Shown piece after piece: positions 49,382 to 60,600 of a stretch of DNA of 64,000 nucleotides (the stretch's first letter is position 1; each line of letters begins with the position of its first letter). The DNA comes from Oopsacas minuta (Eukaryota > Animalia > Porifera), in NCBI GenBank assembly GCA_024704765.1, contig JAKMXF010000354.1:915690-979689 (forward strand). The letters are read 5' to 3'. The position numbers and the translations under genes were made by a program. The notes under the pieces were generated by a model. The model was not told the DNA's origin. It did no database searches and was given only the letters and a program-made list of their open reading frames with translations.

Positions 49382-49597
49382 ATGGGTTGTATCCGTTCCA
49401 AATCGGTCAATACTCAGGATGCTGATATCCGGAGACAGCTGATGGCAGAAGCAGCCGACCGCAGACAGAAGGAGCTAGAGAGCAGAGGAATTAAAGACGT
49501 GGATAAGTTAAAGAAGAAGGAACAAATAAGAAAGAAGTTTGAAGACAATGCTCAGCATGCCCCGACCCATACACCACTAACATGGACTGCTAATTAA
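49382..49597 (+). CDS. SVIP: Small VCP/p97-interacting protein
   Basis: MGC acylation site; RRQLMAEAADRRQKELESRGIKD; C-terminal LTWT. Confidence 0.85.
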   Translation: MGCIRSKSVNTQDADIRRQLMAEAADRRQKELESRGIKDVDKLKKKEQIRKKFEDNAQHAPTHTPLTWTAN

Positions 49598-49788
49598 TAA
49601 ATTGATCATATTTTGATACTTATATATTGTAGATGCATGAAATGTATAATTCTGCTATCGCTTGTAAACAGGCACATTTGAAATGTCACTATTGAGCACA
49701 GATATCAGTTAATTCTGACGTTTATAAGTTTGATACTGACACTAATATTACGAATCCCAGTTTTATAAGAACTATAAATTACTTTTAG

Positions 49789-50619
49789 ATGTCATCTCCT
49801 ACATTAACTGCTAACTCAAATGCCACTAATAAACCCCGTAAGAGCATGCTCCCCCTTCCTCAGCCTATTCTATCACACAAGCCTACTCCCCTCTGTCCCC
49901 CTGACGAAACTCCTCGAAAATTAAATTATAAACAAACTGAACCAAAGACCCCTAAACAGAATTCAAATGTGGTACTTAAGAAACGGCCCCTTTCAGCAAC
50001 CCCTTCACTCACATTTCCCCGCTCAGTCAGTGCCAGTAACTTAGATACCCGTCCCCGTATAAGACCTAAGCAGCAGGTCCTGTCCTATAACAATCTGTCT
50101 CAAGAGAACCATAAACTCCAGGGAGAGCTCTCCTCTCTCAGATCTCTGCTACAACAAGTTGAATTTGAGAAAGCAGAACAATTTGCTTCTTCACATTCTG
50201 AGATTACAAAATTGAGTCTAGGCCTAGAGGAGGCTACTTCAAATGTCACTAGCCTATCGAATGATGTCAAAACTCAACAGGACCAAATAACTGAGCTCTT
50301 GTCCGTGCTGGAAGGTAAGGGGATCGATCCTCTTAGTGGAGAAGTGATTATAACTAAAGATCAGAGGATGCAGGATAGTATAGCTGCTGTAGAGAAGACA
50401 AAGATAGTTAGTGAATCTCTGCAAATACAGAACTCTAAATTCACTAATATGCTAGATGATTTGAGGGATAAGAGATTACAGATGTCATCTCTCCTTACTA
50501 AAGACCAACAAGAGACTCTAGAGGACAAATTCAGGATTATTGACAATACATTCTCTGATACTGAATATGGTTCTAACTATACTTCTCATGTAATAGCAGA
50601 GGAACCTCTAACCACGTGA
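49789..50619 (+). CDS. Coiled-coil protein, possibly kinastrin/SKAP (KNSTRN)-like
   Basis: Basic Pro/Ser/Thr-rich N-terminus; coiled coil with LEGKGIDPLSG resembling SKAP LESKGLDPALG. Confidence 0.5.
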   Translation: MSSPTLTANSNATNKPRKSMLPLPQPILSHKPTPLCPPDETPRKLNYKQTEPKTPKQNSNVVLKKRPLSATPSLTFPRSVSASNLDTRPRIRPKQQVLSYNNLSQENHKLQGELSSLRSLLQQVEFEKAEQFASSHSEITKLSLGLEEATSNVTSLSNDVKTQQDQITELLSVLEGKGIDPLSGEVIITKDQRMQDSIAAVEKTKIVSESLQIQNSKFTNMLDDLRDKRLQMSSLLTKDQQETLEDKFRIIDNTFSDTEYGSNYTSHVIAEEPLTT

Positions 50620-50772
50620 CAATACCTGATAATTATAACATTGAATTTACAGCAGCGTTCGCCTATTAGTACATTTTCTATTGGAAATAATTCGCCATTA
50701 GCAAGGGAAATTCGTGCAAAATGCTAATATCCGTACTTCCGGTGTTTACTGTATCTTATATTGTATTAGCAT

Positions 50773-52871
50773 ATGGAGTATCTGAATACTCTATGTAACG
50801 GATCATTAAGCTCCAGGGTACTCGTAGTAGGAGCTGGAGGGATTGGATGTGAGCTGGTGAAGAACCTCGTACTTACAGGTGTATGTAATATAGACCTTAT
50901 TGACCTAGACACAATTGACGTGAGTAATCTCAACAGACAATTCTTATTTCAGAGGAAACACGTCGGTAAGAGCAAGGCTGAGGTAGCTAAGCAGAGCGCT
51001 CTGAAATTCAATCCTAGAGCTAATATTACAGCTAGACACGCTTCTGTATTTGATTCTGAGTATAATGTGGATTTCTTTAGTCAGTTCTCTCTTGTAATGA
51101 ATGCGCTTGATAACAGAACAGCCAGGAACCACGTGAACAGGTAAGACAATCTAACTACCATCTGATTATCAATACCAATCTAATATATTTGTGTAGGATG
51201 TGTTTAGCTGCTAATATCCCTCTCATTGAGAGCGGGACTGAAGGATATCTGGGACAGATTACAGTTATTATTAAAGGGAAGTCAGAGTGTTACGAATGTC
51301 TCCCTAAAGCTACACAGAAGACGTTCCCTGGGTGTACTATAAGGAATACTCCCTCTGAACCGATACACTGTATTGTATGGGCTAAGCACTTGTTCGCTCA
51401 GCTATTCGGGGAATATGATGCTGATCAGGTAATCTATAGATTACAGTAAACTCCAGTTATATCGAAGTCGGAAATTGTACAAATATGGTCCCAAACCGTC
51501 AAAGTAACATACATGTCATCGGTTATATCGAAGTAATTATCACGGCCCCTTGTGCTTCGATATAACTGGAGTTGACTGCACGTTCCTCTAGGAAGTAGCT
51601 CCAGATGCTCATGACCCAGAGCTACAAGTTACAGACCCTGAATGCAATACCACTTCAGCTAACGGGATAGAGCCCTCGGCCCCACCAGCTAGAGTATCCA
51701 CCAGAGATTGGGTAGGAAGTATTGGCTATGATGGTACTCAGTTATTTAACAAACTATTCTCCGAGGATATTAAGTACCTCCTTAGTATGGACAGACTCTG
51801 GCAGAAGAGACGGTCCCCTGTCCCCCTCAGCTGGGAGGATCTTAGAGATCTCCCCTCAAACTCTGACACCCCTCAGTCTACCCAGGGACTAGAGGAGCAG
51901 AGGGTGTGGTCAATTAAGGAGTGTGGAGACGTGTTTGTGACGTGTGTTAGTAAACTGAAACAGCTGATGGAAAAAGATGGAGATCTGGTAAGAGATATTG
52001 TTTTCCCAAATAATTCCTTATAGAACTGAGCTCTTGTACGAATTCTGTACATATTTAGGTCTGGGATAAAGATGATCCAGCTGCCCTAGACTTTGTCACA
52101 GCTACAGCTAATATTCGTTCTCACATATTTGCAATTCAACAGAAATCTCGCTTCGATGTAAAGTCAATGGCTGGTAACATCATCCCAGCTATCGCTAGTA
52201 CTAATGCTATTGTAGCAGGCCTGATAGTTATGGAAGCTCTTAAGGTATTACAAGGAGAGACAGACAGATGTAGAGCTACTTTCCTTTTAAGGAAACCTTC
52301 CTGTAAGAAACTATTCTCTTCTCTCTCTCTACCAGTTCCCAATCCTAACTGTTACGTATGTTCTAGCCAGCCTGAAGCTACAATTAAAGTTAATGCGAAT
52401 AGTTTCTTATTGAAGACTTTGGAAGAGAAAGTATTGAAAGAGAGGTTTAGCATGATAGCTCCTGACGTGGAGATAGATGATGGTAAAGGAACAATCCTGA
52501 TCTCTTCCGAGGAGGGAGAGACCGAGGAGAACATGGCATGGCCCCTAGCGCACTTTAATATTGGGAATAATGACAGACTTAAGTGCGACGATTTTATGCA
52601 AAACTTCCAACTAGTGTTAATAATCCTACACACAGAGGAGGGAGACATGGACCCAGCCTCATTTGAGGTAGTGGGGGATGTTCCTAAGCCTGAGCCTGAG
52701 CCTTCTAACAACAGTACCATGGAGATTGTCACTGTAAATCAAATTGGTAAACAGAAGAGACGGAGAGCAGATTCAGAAGGAGGTGAGGGGGAGGTCTGTG
52801 AGCTGGATAGCAAGAGAGCAAAAGTTAGCGTAGTTAGTGATGGCAGTGAAGATGAATGTATTGCTTACTAA
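50773..52871 (+). CDS. UBA2: SUMO-activating enzyme subunit 2; exons 50773-51140, 51197-51428, 51592-51987, 52059-52871
   Basis: [32 protein letters not shown] active-site Cys, [22 protein letters not shown]; 1809 nt in frame. Confidence 0.97.
51444..51578. mobile_element. MITE family A in UBA2 intron 2
   Basis: Near-perfect TIR CAGTAAACTCCAGTTATATCGAAG / CTTCGATATAACTGGAGTTGACTG; TA left, CA right. Confidence 0.92.
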
Positions 52872-53139
52872 TAAATCACATAGCAAGTATCTGAAATTTA
52901 AACAAATCAGCTGTTCGACCATTTTCATTCAATTATAATTCTTAATACAATTGCTTCTTATGAATGCAGTCTACCTCTTTAGATCTTTAGAATTCGTACA
53001 CTAAGAAGTAACAAATAGATCTATTATGGTTCCTATTTTTATTGAGTTGAATTTCGCGTACAATATCTCGCGTAATCATTTCATAGGTGTGAATTGCTGG
53101 TTTAAGCAGAACTACTGATTATTTGTTTGTAGCTACAAG

Positions 53140-53409
53140 ATGGATCAACTAGGTGTCGACAAATCTTCGAATATATTCAATCGCCGTCAACTAGAGGCTA
53201 GCTTAAAGATAGCAATGAACACGCGAGAAGGGAAGCAAGGTATAGGGACTTCTCAAGAGTTAGATCCATTCACAAAGGCTGTAAACTATTTAGAGAAACA
53301 TGAAATACTCAACCATATGGAGACGATAGCTGCTAAAGTGTGTTTTAACAAACCAGCTGATCCTATTGAATTCATGCTGAAAGAAATACTGGCTCTTAGA
53401 AATAACTAG
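53140..53409 (+). CDS. Small protein with RIIa/DPY30-like dimerisation-docking domain (TEX55-like C-terminus)
   Basis: DPFTKAVNYLEKHEILNHMETIAAKVCFNKPADPIEFM. Confidence 0.65.
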   Translation: MDQLGVDKSSNIFNRRQLEASLKIAMNTREGKQGIGTSQELDPFTKAVNYLEKHEILNHMETIAAKVCFNKPADPIEFMLKEILALRNN

Positions 53410-53527
53410 TTACGTATAGTAACAATATTCTAACACATTCACCATATATTATACAGTTTCCTCTTATCCTATTATTTCAATAATTTTCTTAGTTACCAAA
53501 TTGTTTACATGTTATGTTGAGCTCGCT

Positions 53528-54304
53528 ATGAATAGATACGGTACAACAGATCTACATATAGCAGCAGGGAATGGAGAAGTAAGGAACTTGGAGAGTATGT
53601 TATCTAACGGGCGTGACCCTAATATACAAAATAACATTGGATATACCCCACTGCATACTGCAGTAGTTAACGGAGAGGTATTGAAATTATTATTTTTTGA
53701 TAAATATTTAGAAATATTCCCCCCTTTTAGCTGCAATGTGTCGAAATTCTAATCGCTCACCACTCGTCGCCTTTTGTGACAGACAGTTTGGGACACACCC
53801 CGCTTGATAAGATCTCAATTGTTCTGAAATATAAAGAGAATTTTAACGATACTCTCATCTCTCAATACGAATTAATTCACAGACATCTCAAGGCTCATAT
53901 TTTTAAGTGAAGTATATACAATGGAATTTGTTAATACGAACATGGTTATTCAATTGGTATTACTTCAGTTAATACGAACGCAGTTTCACCGTCCGTTGGT
54001 GTTCGTACTAACGAGGTTCCACTGTATTTAGAATTATTAATCTATACATTTATGTAAAATTGTTTGCAGGCCTCTGACTCATCTCTGTAGAGACAAGATC
54101 CTCAGTTGTCTCGTGTCTCTTGATGATTCTGTTATACAAAGTCTACCTACCCCTCATAACCTGCAGAACTTCTTACATTATCGTGTGCCAGAGGAAATGC
54201 AATTAAAATTATACAAGAGTACTCGTACAAGACCAATAGCACCTTGTCTCCGTTTGAAACATCCTGTCTCTAATCTCAAGAAAAACAAATGCAGTATTAT
54301 GTAA
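53528..54304 (+). CDS. Ankyrin repeat and SOCS box (ASB-type) protein; exons 53528-53677, 53731-53906, 54070-54304
   Basis: TDLHIAA, TPLHTAV, TPLD ankyrin repeats; spliced KPLTHLCRDKI..IQSLPTPHNLQNFLHY SOCS box. Confidence 0.8.
53919..54024. mobile_element. MITE family B in ASB intron 2
   Basis: TA-CAATGGAATTTGTTAATACGAAC...GTTCGTACTAACGAGGTTCCACTG-TA. Confidence 0.85.
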
Positions 54305-54310
54305 CAGCAA

Positions 54311-54398
54311 AAGCTGTTATTCAAAGGTAATATTAATTATTGTAGTGTGGGGTCCACGGAACCCTTAGGATTCGTGCAGCCCAGTTTGAGAACCACTG
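54311..54398. mobile_element. Possible hAT/Charlie-like MITE remnant
   Basis: Right end GTTTGAGAACCACTG is the reverse complement of CAGTGGTTCTCAAAC; left end degenerate; no 8-bp TSD seen. Confidence 0.35.
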
Positions 54399-55315
54399 AA
54401 ATATCGTAAAGTAACTCGGGTAAGACGTACTCCTCGCGAACAGTAGTATGTACTAACCGAGTCCTACTGTAGCTGTAGTTATATAGTTTATGAATAAACT
54501 TACTCAACAAATAAATAATACAAAAGTTTTGAGGTTCTGACCTACTTAACCTATTAACAGTCTATACCAATATTTTATTTTCTACACCGAAGCATAATTG
54601 TACTCGAATGTTTTCATTGTGCGCATTGGTTTAGAATAAAATTGTTTGAGTTTTTACGTAATACAGAACTTGTGAGGGTAGAGACGAGGCGTTAGTTAGA
54701 ATCTGTTATTACATTTACGTATGTCTTACAGATTGCAAAAATGGACTCGAATACCTTTTCTAGTTGCCACAAACCAGCACCGAAACAATTATCTTAATTG
54801 TCTGTCACTGACATACTTTAGCTATTCACTTTCTCTTAGTGTAAAATTCAAAATTCCTGTAAAGATGCCTTACATAATTTGGTCAAACTTGTGAAACGAA
54901 TTATGAATTCTTTAAAGGGTATTCTGTAGTTATGGAAGAACAAGAAGCTCTACACTCCTACAGATATATAATGTCGATGCGTTATTCTACTCTCTGTTTA
55001 TATTATGAGATGTATAGTTGCAATATATTCTACCTACTATGTATATACCCTTATGACACCCTTGATTCAATCGTGATTACTGGCTGAACTATTTATCCGT
55101 CAGTTATGCTGATACACCGATTTTCAAGGTGATTAAGTTGCTAGTTATCATTTCTCACAAAAACCGCGGTATAATCTATGGGAAATTACGTGTATCTTTC
55201 CATAAATCTATAAGCAATAGATATATGCATATATAACTGGAAACTATAAATTTAGCTAAAGCTGGTTTCCAATATATTTCTATTAGATCAAGTAGAGCAT
55301 ATATTTTCAGCTCCA

Positions 55316-56536
55316 ATGGAGACTTCAGAGATTCAGAAACTAAACCGATCTCTTTTCCTTCCGAATGACATACGAGACGAACAGGGAAGACCTCCTTGTT
55401 TACAAATGGACGTTATACAACAGGACAGTAACAATCTCCACTCCCCTATCCCGACCATCCCAATCTTATCCCCCCTTACTCCTGTCGACAGCAACCCCCT
55501 GACTCGGATCAAGCGTCCGGTAACTCCTAGACTTACCCCCTGGAAGCTACAGGACTACCATCATTCAGTTATAGGCCTGCATCATGAAATTATAGATTTC
55601 TACAACTACATGAAGCCCACTCCCGCTGAGAAGAAGATGCGAACCGAATTGGTCACGAGGATCCGTTCTCTCCTCCAGGACAGAATCCCAGAGGCTCGTC
55701 TGGAGGTGTTCGGAAGCTGTAGCACTCAGACATACCTCCCGACATCTGATATCGATCTGGTTATATTCGGGGAGTGTAGTGGCGATCCTCTAAAGATAGT
55801 AGAGGAAGAGCTCTGTGCTGCAGGACTAGCCAATAAAGGAATCAAATTCCTTGACAAAGTTACAGTCCCGATCGTCCGTTTCACAGAGCTAACGACAGGT
55901 GTCCGTATTGATATTAGTTATGACATGCATTCAGGGCCGGAGGCTGCCTCTCTCGTCAAGAAATTTATCAAAACATATTCAGCTCTACCAAAACTATTAG
56001 TTCTTATCAAACAATTCTTACTACAACGTGACTTCAATGAAGTATTTTCCGGGGGACTAAGCTCCTACGCTCTCACTCTCCTAATCGTTAATTTCCTACA
56101 ACTACACCCCCGACGTATGGCGACAGATGAGGACGCTAATCTTGGCGTCCTATTGATAGAGTTCTTCGAGCTATACGGACGTCTTTTCAACTACAAGAAT
56201 ACAGGAATACGGGTCACCAACGGGGGATCTTATTTCCTCAAGAAGCACCATCAGTCCTACTATGAGGAACACTCTCTCCTCCTCCTCTTTATTGAGGATC
56301 CTCTCGACGCCAAGAAGGTGGTCACACGAGGAGCATTCCATTTCCCAATTATTCGTCATGCATTCGAACACGCATTCCTGCTTCTCTGCTCTGCTGTTCT
56401 CGGAAATGGTATCCCAAACGGGTATCAATCTATTTTGGGATTAATTATTTTCTTAGAACCGGATTGTATAGAACGACGCGGCCAGTGGGTCAAGACTTGG
56501 GGGGACCCCGCTGCTGGTCCAGAGGACCAACTATAA
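55316..56536 (+). CDS. Non-canonical poly(A) polymerase TENT4/PAPD5-7 (Trf4), intronless
   Basis: GLHHEIIDFY, FGS..TYLPTSDIDLV, VPIVRF, GGLSSY, NLGVLLIEFFELYG, IEDP. Confidence 0.92.
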   Translation: METSEIQKLNRSLFLPNDIRDEQGRPPCLQMDVIQQDSNNLHSPIPTIPILSPLTPVDSNPLTRIKRPVTPRLTPWKLQDYHHSVIGLHHEIIDFYNYMKPTPAEKKMRTELVTRIRSLLQDRIPEARLEVFGSCSTQTYLPTSDIDLVIFGECSGDPLKIVEEELCAAGLANKGIKFLDKVTVPIVRFTELTTGVRIDISYDMHSGPEAASLVKKFIKTYSALPKLLVLIKQFLLQRDFNEVFSGGLSSYALTLLIVNFLQLHPRRMATDEDANLGVLLIEFFELYGRLFNYKNTGIRVTNGGSYFLKKHHQSYYEEHSLLLLFIEDPLDAKKVVTRGAFHFPIIRHAFEHAFLLLCSAVLGNGIPNGYQSILGLIIFLEPDCIERRGQWVKTWGDPAAGPEDQL

Positions 56537-57006
56537 TTTCTACAAAGATGGTACCACCAATCTGAAACTGAATTTTAGGTGTCAATATTATTATGTTTTA
56601 TTACTATACTATGCACACATATAGACTGTTATCATAATTATTAAATCACTTCCATGATCCCAGAAATAATCTCTGTGGATGTTCGGTTGGGCCTTAGGAA
56701 TGTGACCAATTGTTTGTATACAAATTTGCTATATTTGAATACTGAGGTTACTACTGCAGTAAGATTGCAATAATATATTTGATGATATTTTCGTGTTCAT
56801 ATCAATCAAATAAATTATTGATTTAAGGGAAGTCGAATCGTGTCCGTGTTAATCGGCAAGAGCCAAGAGGGGCAGGGCCAATAAATCCTCTGTGTTGACG
56901 AAAATGGTCCCCACCCCTTCAGGTTGAACTTATCAAAACCACACACGTCACTGAAACTGAAAGAGGTTATTTACTTTCTGTTTGATGTAAGATATTAGTC
57001 CAGCTG

Positions 57007-57639
57007 ATGGGAGGAATATTGGACCGATTAGAGTCACTGTCTCCTCAAGGTAAGACTTATTCAGTAGCTGCTCGGTCTAATTTCGACTCTCTTGGATTCC
57101 AGGACTCCATCATCCACTCCTCAAGACGCAGGAGTCAATGGGACGGGGAAGCGATAGAGACGGAGAGACAAATATTAAACCTGACAGCTCTCTCCTTCTG
57201 GCTCTCTGATCAGAATGTTTGGGTATCTACGCTTGAAGGGAGAAGCAATCTAATTCTATTCAAACTAACGAATGGTAGTTGAAACTAATTTCAGATAATA
57301 CATTATAGTAACAATCTTGCTCTTGTAGGAAATGATAAATTCAAAGTGATGGTACACAGAGACAGCTTGACAATGGAGCTAGGGATTATTTGGCTGCCTC
57401 GTGTAGAGGTTATTAAGATGGACAATACAGGGGTCTACTGGGAGGATATGAGGGATCGGGTCTGGGGGGTCAGGTTCTTGACGGAAGGAGATACACTCAG
57501 GTTCCTAGCTGGATGTTCCCCTCTTGATTTTATCTCACGAGATACTCGATCTCAAAGAAATGTCAGATGGGTCCCTCCCCTCCCAACTGAGGAACATTTT
57601 CCTATCCCTAATCCTGTGAATATTGTCGAGGAGAAAGAG
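57007..57639 (+). CDS. EVH1/WH1-domain protein, probably the 5' part of a still life/TIAM-like GEF; exons 57007-57274 and 57329-57639, likely continuing beyond the window
   Basis: Gly2 start; VYWEDMRDRVWGVRFLTEGDTLRFLAGCSP resembles the SIF EVH1 C-terminus as recalled (VYWKD..WGLNF..DAKQFRECCSP); donor GAG|GTAATT at 57640. Confidence 0.55.
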
Positions 57640-57698
57640 GTAATTTATAATAAATAAGATAGCAAATTTTGAGGTTAAATATTTGTGTAAATATATTG

Positions 57699-60600
57699 TT
57701 ATGAAAGACAAGTTTCGTAGAGTTCTGCAAGATTAGAAATACTATTCCCTACTTCAGTTATCTCTCTCTCAACTTCCTCGAATTCTAATTTCAATTCTGC
57801 TATCGCTTCCTGCTCGGCTGCCAGGGCATCCAGTAGCATTTCTAGTTCACTTAGCTGTACGCTTACCACTTCCTGTAGCGAGCTGTTCGTTGCTATTATA
57901 AGTGAGTTGAGGGTATTGAAATTCTGTGTTACGTAGTTGTCTTTCTCTGTTACATTATTAGAAAGTAAATCAATCAATATAACTTGCTCTTGTAGGTTAG
58001 TATTAAGTGCGACAGCCTGCTGACACGCGTTTGTACACGCTAGGTTTGCTGTAGTTGCGTTTTGTTTAGTCTTTAAATATTTATCAAAAAGTTCATCGTC
58101 GATTCGTTCCACATCTCTACTGAGCGAGAATATTCTCTCTGAGGTATTCAAGAGTTCTTCAGTCTCGTTATAGAACTCTCTCACAGCCTCGCTAGCTGAT
58201 AACAGAGCATTTTTCGCATTCTCAATAGGCACATTGGTCATGGACTGAGTAACCTGTGATAATGAGATATATTTAGTTACTTCTATTAACAAACTCGATG
58301 CGTTACTAGCGGCTTGTTTCGCCTGAAGAGCTATCTCACTAGCTCTGTTAGCCTGCAGAAGACTGGAATTAGCATCTGTACGTATCATCTCTACAACATC
58401 TACTGATACTATTTGTTGATTAATCTGCTTAGAAAGCTCCTGAGCTATAGCAGGATCTGGTCCTGTTATAGCTAATGTATCCTGTAGTATTTCTCTTGTA
58501 ATATTCTCTGATTCATAGAGCTCCCGGAGAGTAGTAATATTTCCTGATTGTGAGGTTTGTGTAGTATTAGCCAAATAAGCTGCTTGCATAGAGGCATAGA
58601 GAACAGATAGAGAATCATCGAACACTGTTTCTGATTCAATATAAGTTTGATTAGAATTGTTATAAATACGCTGGATAGAGTTTAGAGAATATTCAGCTCT
58701 TCTCGCCTTCTCGTATGCAAGCATAAGAGCTTCATTCGTTCTATTACCTGTGCTGACAGCTATAGGAATTGCCTTACTAATCATTATCCTGCTATCATTC
58801 AATTCACTAGCTATTCTTTCCTCTTTCTGAGCAAGATAAGTCAAGGTAATACGATTAGTCTCATACTCTTGAATGAGACTTATAACAGTATTATTGATAG
58901 CTTCCAGTTGTCTTAGTACTTGTAAACTTGTGTTCGTATATAATGTTATTCTCTCATTACTACTCTCTATCGAGGCTCTCGCTACAGTAATTTGTATAAC
59001 TTCTGCTGCAATCTGTCGTATGGTGTCATTCGCAGTTTTTTGAGTCTCTTGAATGATATTCATCAGAGCTACCAGTTCAGTCATTAGAATTGTATGGCTA
59101 ATGACGTCACCTGTTTCAGATATTATACTCCCATCGAATCCCCTAGAATGCTCTAAGTTAGCTAAAGTTGTACTCAATGATGTGTTTAGCTCATTCAACT
59201 GCTCGTGGAGAGTGGTTAGGTTCTGGGATAGGACAGAGAGGATGGATTCTAAGATGGTTAGTTGGGTCATGTTTAAATTGGAGCTCCCAGCGAGAGAAGC
59301 TGCCGTGGAGAGCTGTGTGTTTAGCTGGTTAATCTGTGTAGATATGTTCTGGATTGTAAGAGGGAGGTAGCTGGTCAGAAGGGTATCAACGCGGGCATCT
59401 AGTTGTAAAACAGCTGTTCGTTCTGTCTGTATGAGAGCTAGCCAGTCGTCGAAACACTGAGGGCATTTCTCACAGTTAGGAGGAGATCCTATAAATACGA
59501 CAATTAAATAAACATAGTCAACTCCTGTTATAACGAGCACAGATATATAATAAGTTTCATTGGTTATACCGAAGTAATAATCGCGGTCCCTTCAGCTTCG
59601 ATATAACAGAATTGACTGTCCCTTAATGGATTAAATTACCTGTGTATCCAAAACTACATACGTCGCATTTGTTCCCTTCTACTCCTATATCACACTGACA
59701 GACCCCTGTTAACTGGTGACATGACTCTCCTATTGACCCATCCATGTCGCAACCACATAGATCACATCCGGTGCCTGTAAAGTTGAATGCATTACTAGAA
59801 CAAGCACAACATTTAATGTCTCTAACTCCTCCTACATTAGTGTTACATGAGCATACCCCTGTGCTCGTGTTACATGTATGTGAGATTGACCCGTTAGAAC
59901 AACAGTCGCAGGAAATACACCCCTCAGGGAGCCCAAAATGTAGCCCCCAGTAACCATCTTCACACGTGTCGCACAGGTCTTCTATCACATGCTCCTTACA
60001 GCTACACACCCCTGAGCGTTGGTCACAGACATTGTCTTCTCGTCCCAATCTGTTACATTGGCAGGGGGCACATGTATCCAACAGAGCGTCTCCATAGTAA
60101 CCAGGAGCACATAACTCACATTCAAACCCAGCTGTGTTGTTAAGACACATTAAACACTCTCCACTAGTAGTGTTACAATTGCCTGTCTGTGATAGATCTA
60201 TGTTTTCAGAACATGTACATGTAGCACAGTGAGATCCTATGAGCATGGGCGTCCCGAAATATCCGTCTTCACAGAACTCACAGGTACGACCTGTGTGACC
60301 GACAGTACAGTTGTCACAAGTAGGCAGACCATCTGACCCCAGGAAACAAGTATTACTGAAGCTCTGTGGTGCCACCAGAGGGCAGGGACACATTAGGCAA
60401 TCAGTAGCCGTGCCTAGTGTCGCATCTCCATAGAATCCACTTACACATATTTCACAGTTGTCACCTGTTGTGCTATCCTGACAGCTCTGACAGGTTCCAG
60501 TGATCGGGTCGCATAATTCTGTGTGGCCATTACATTCACAAGGAGTACACGAGTCGATTGGATTGAGGGAGGGACGGTAGAACCCCTGAGAGCAGTATTG

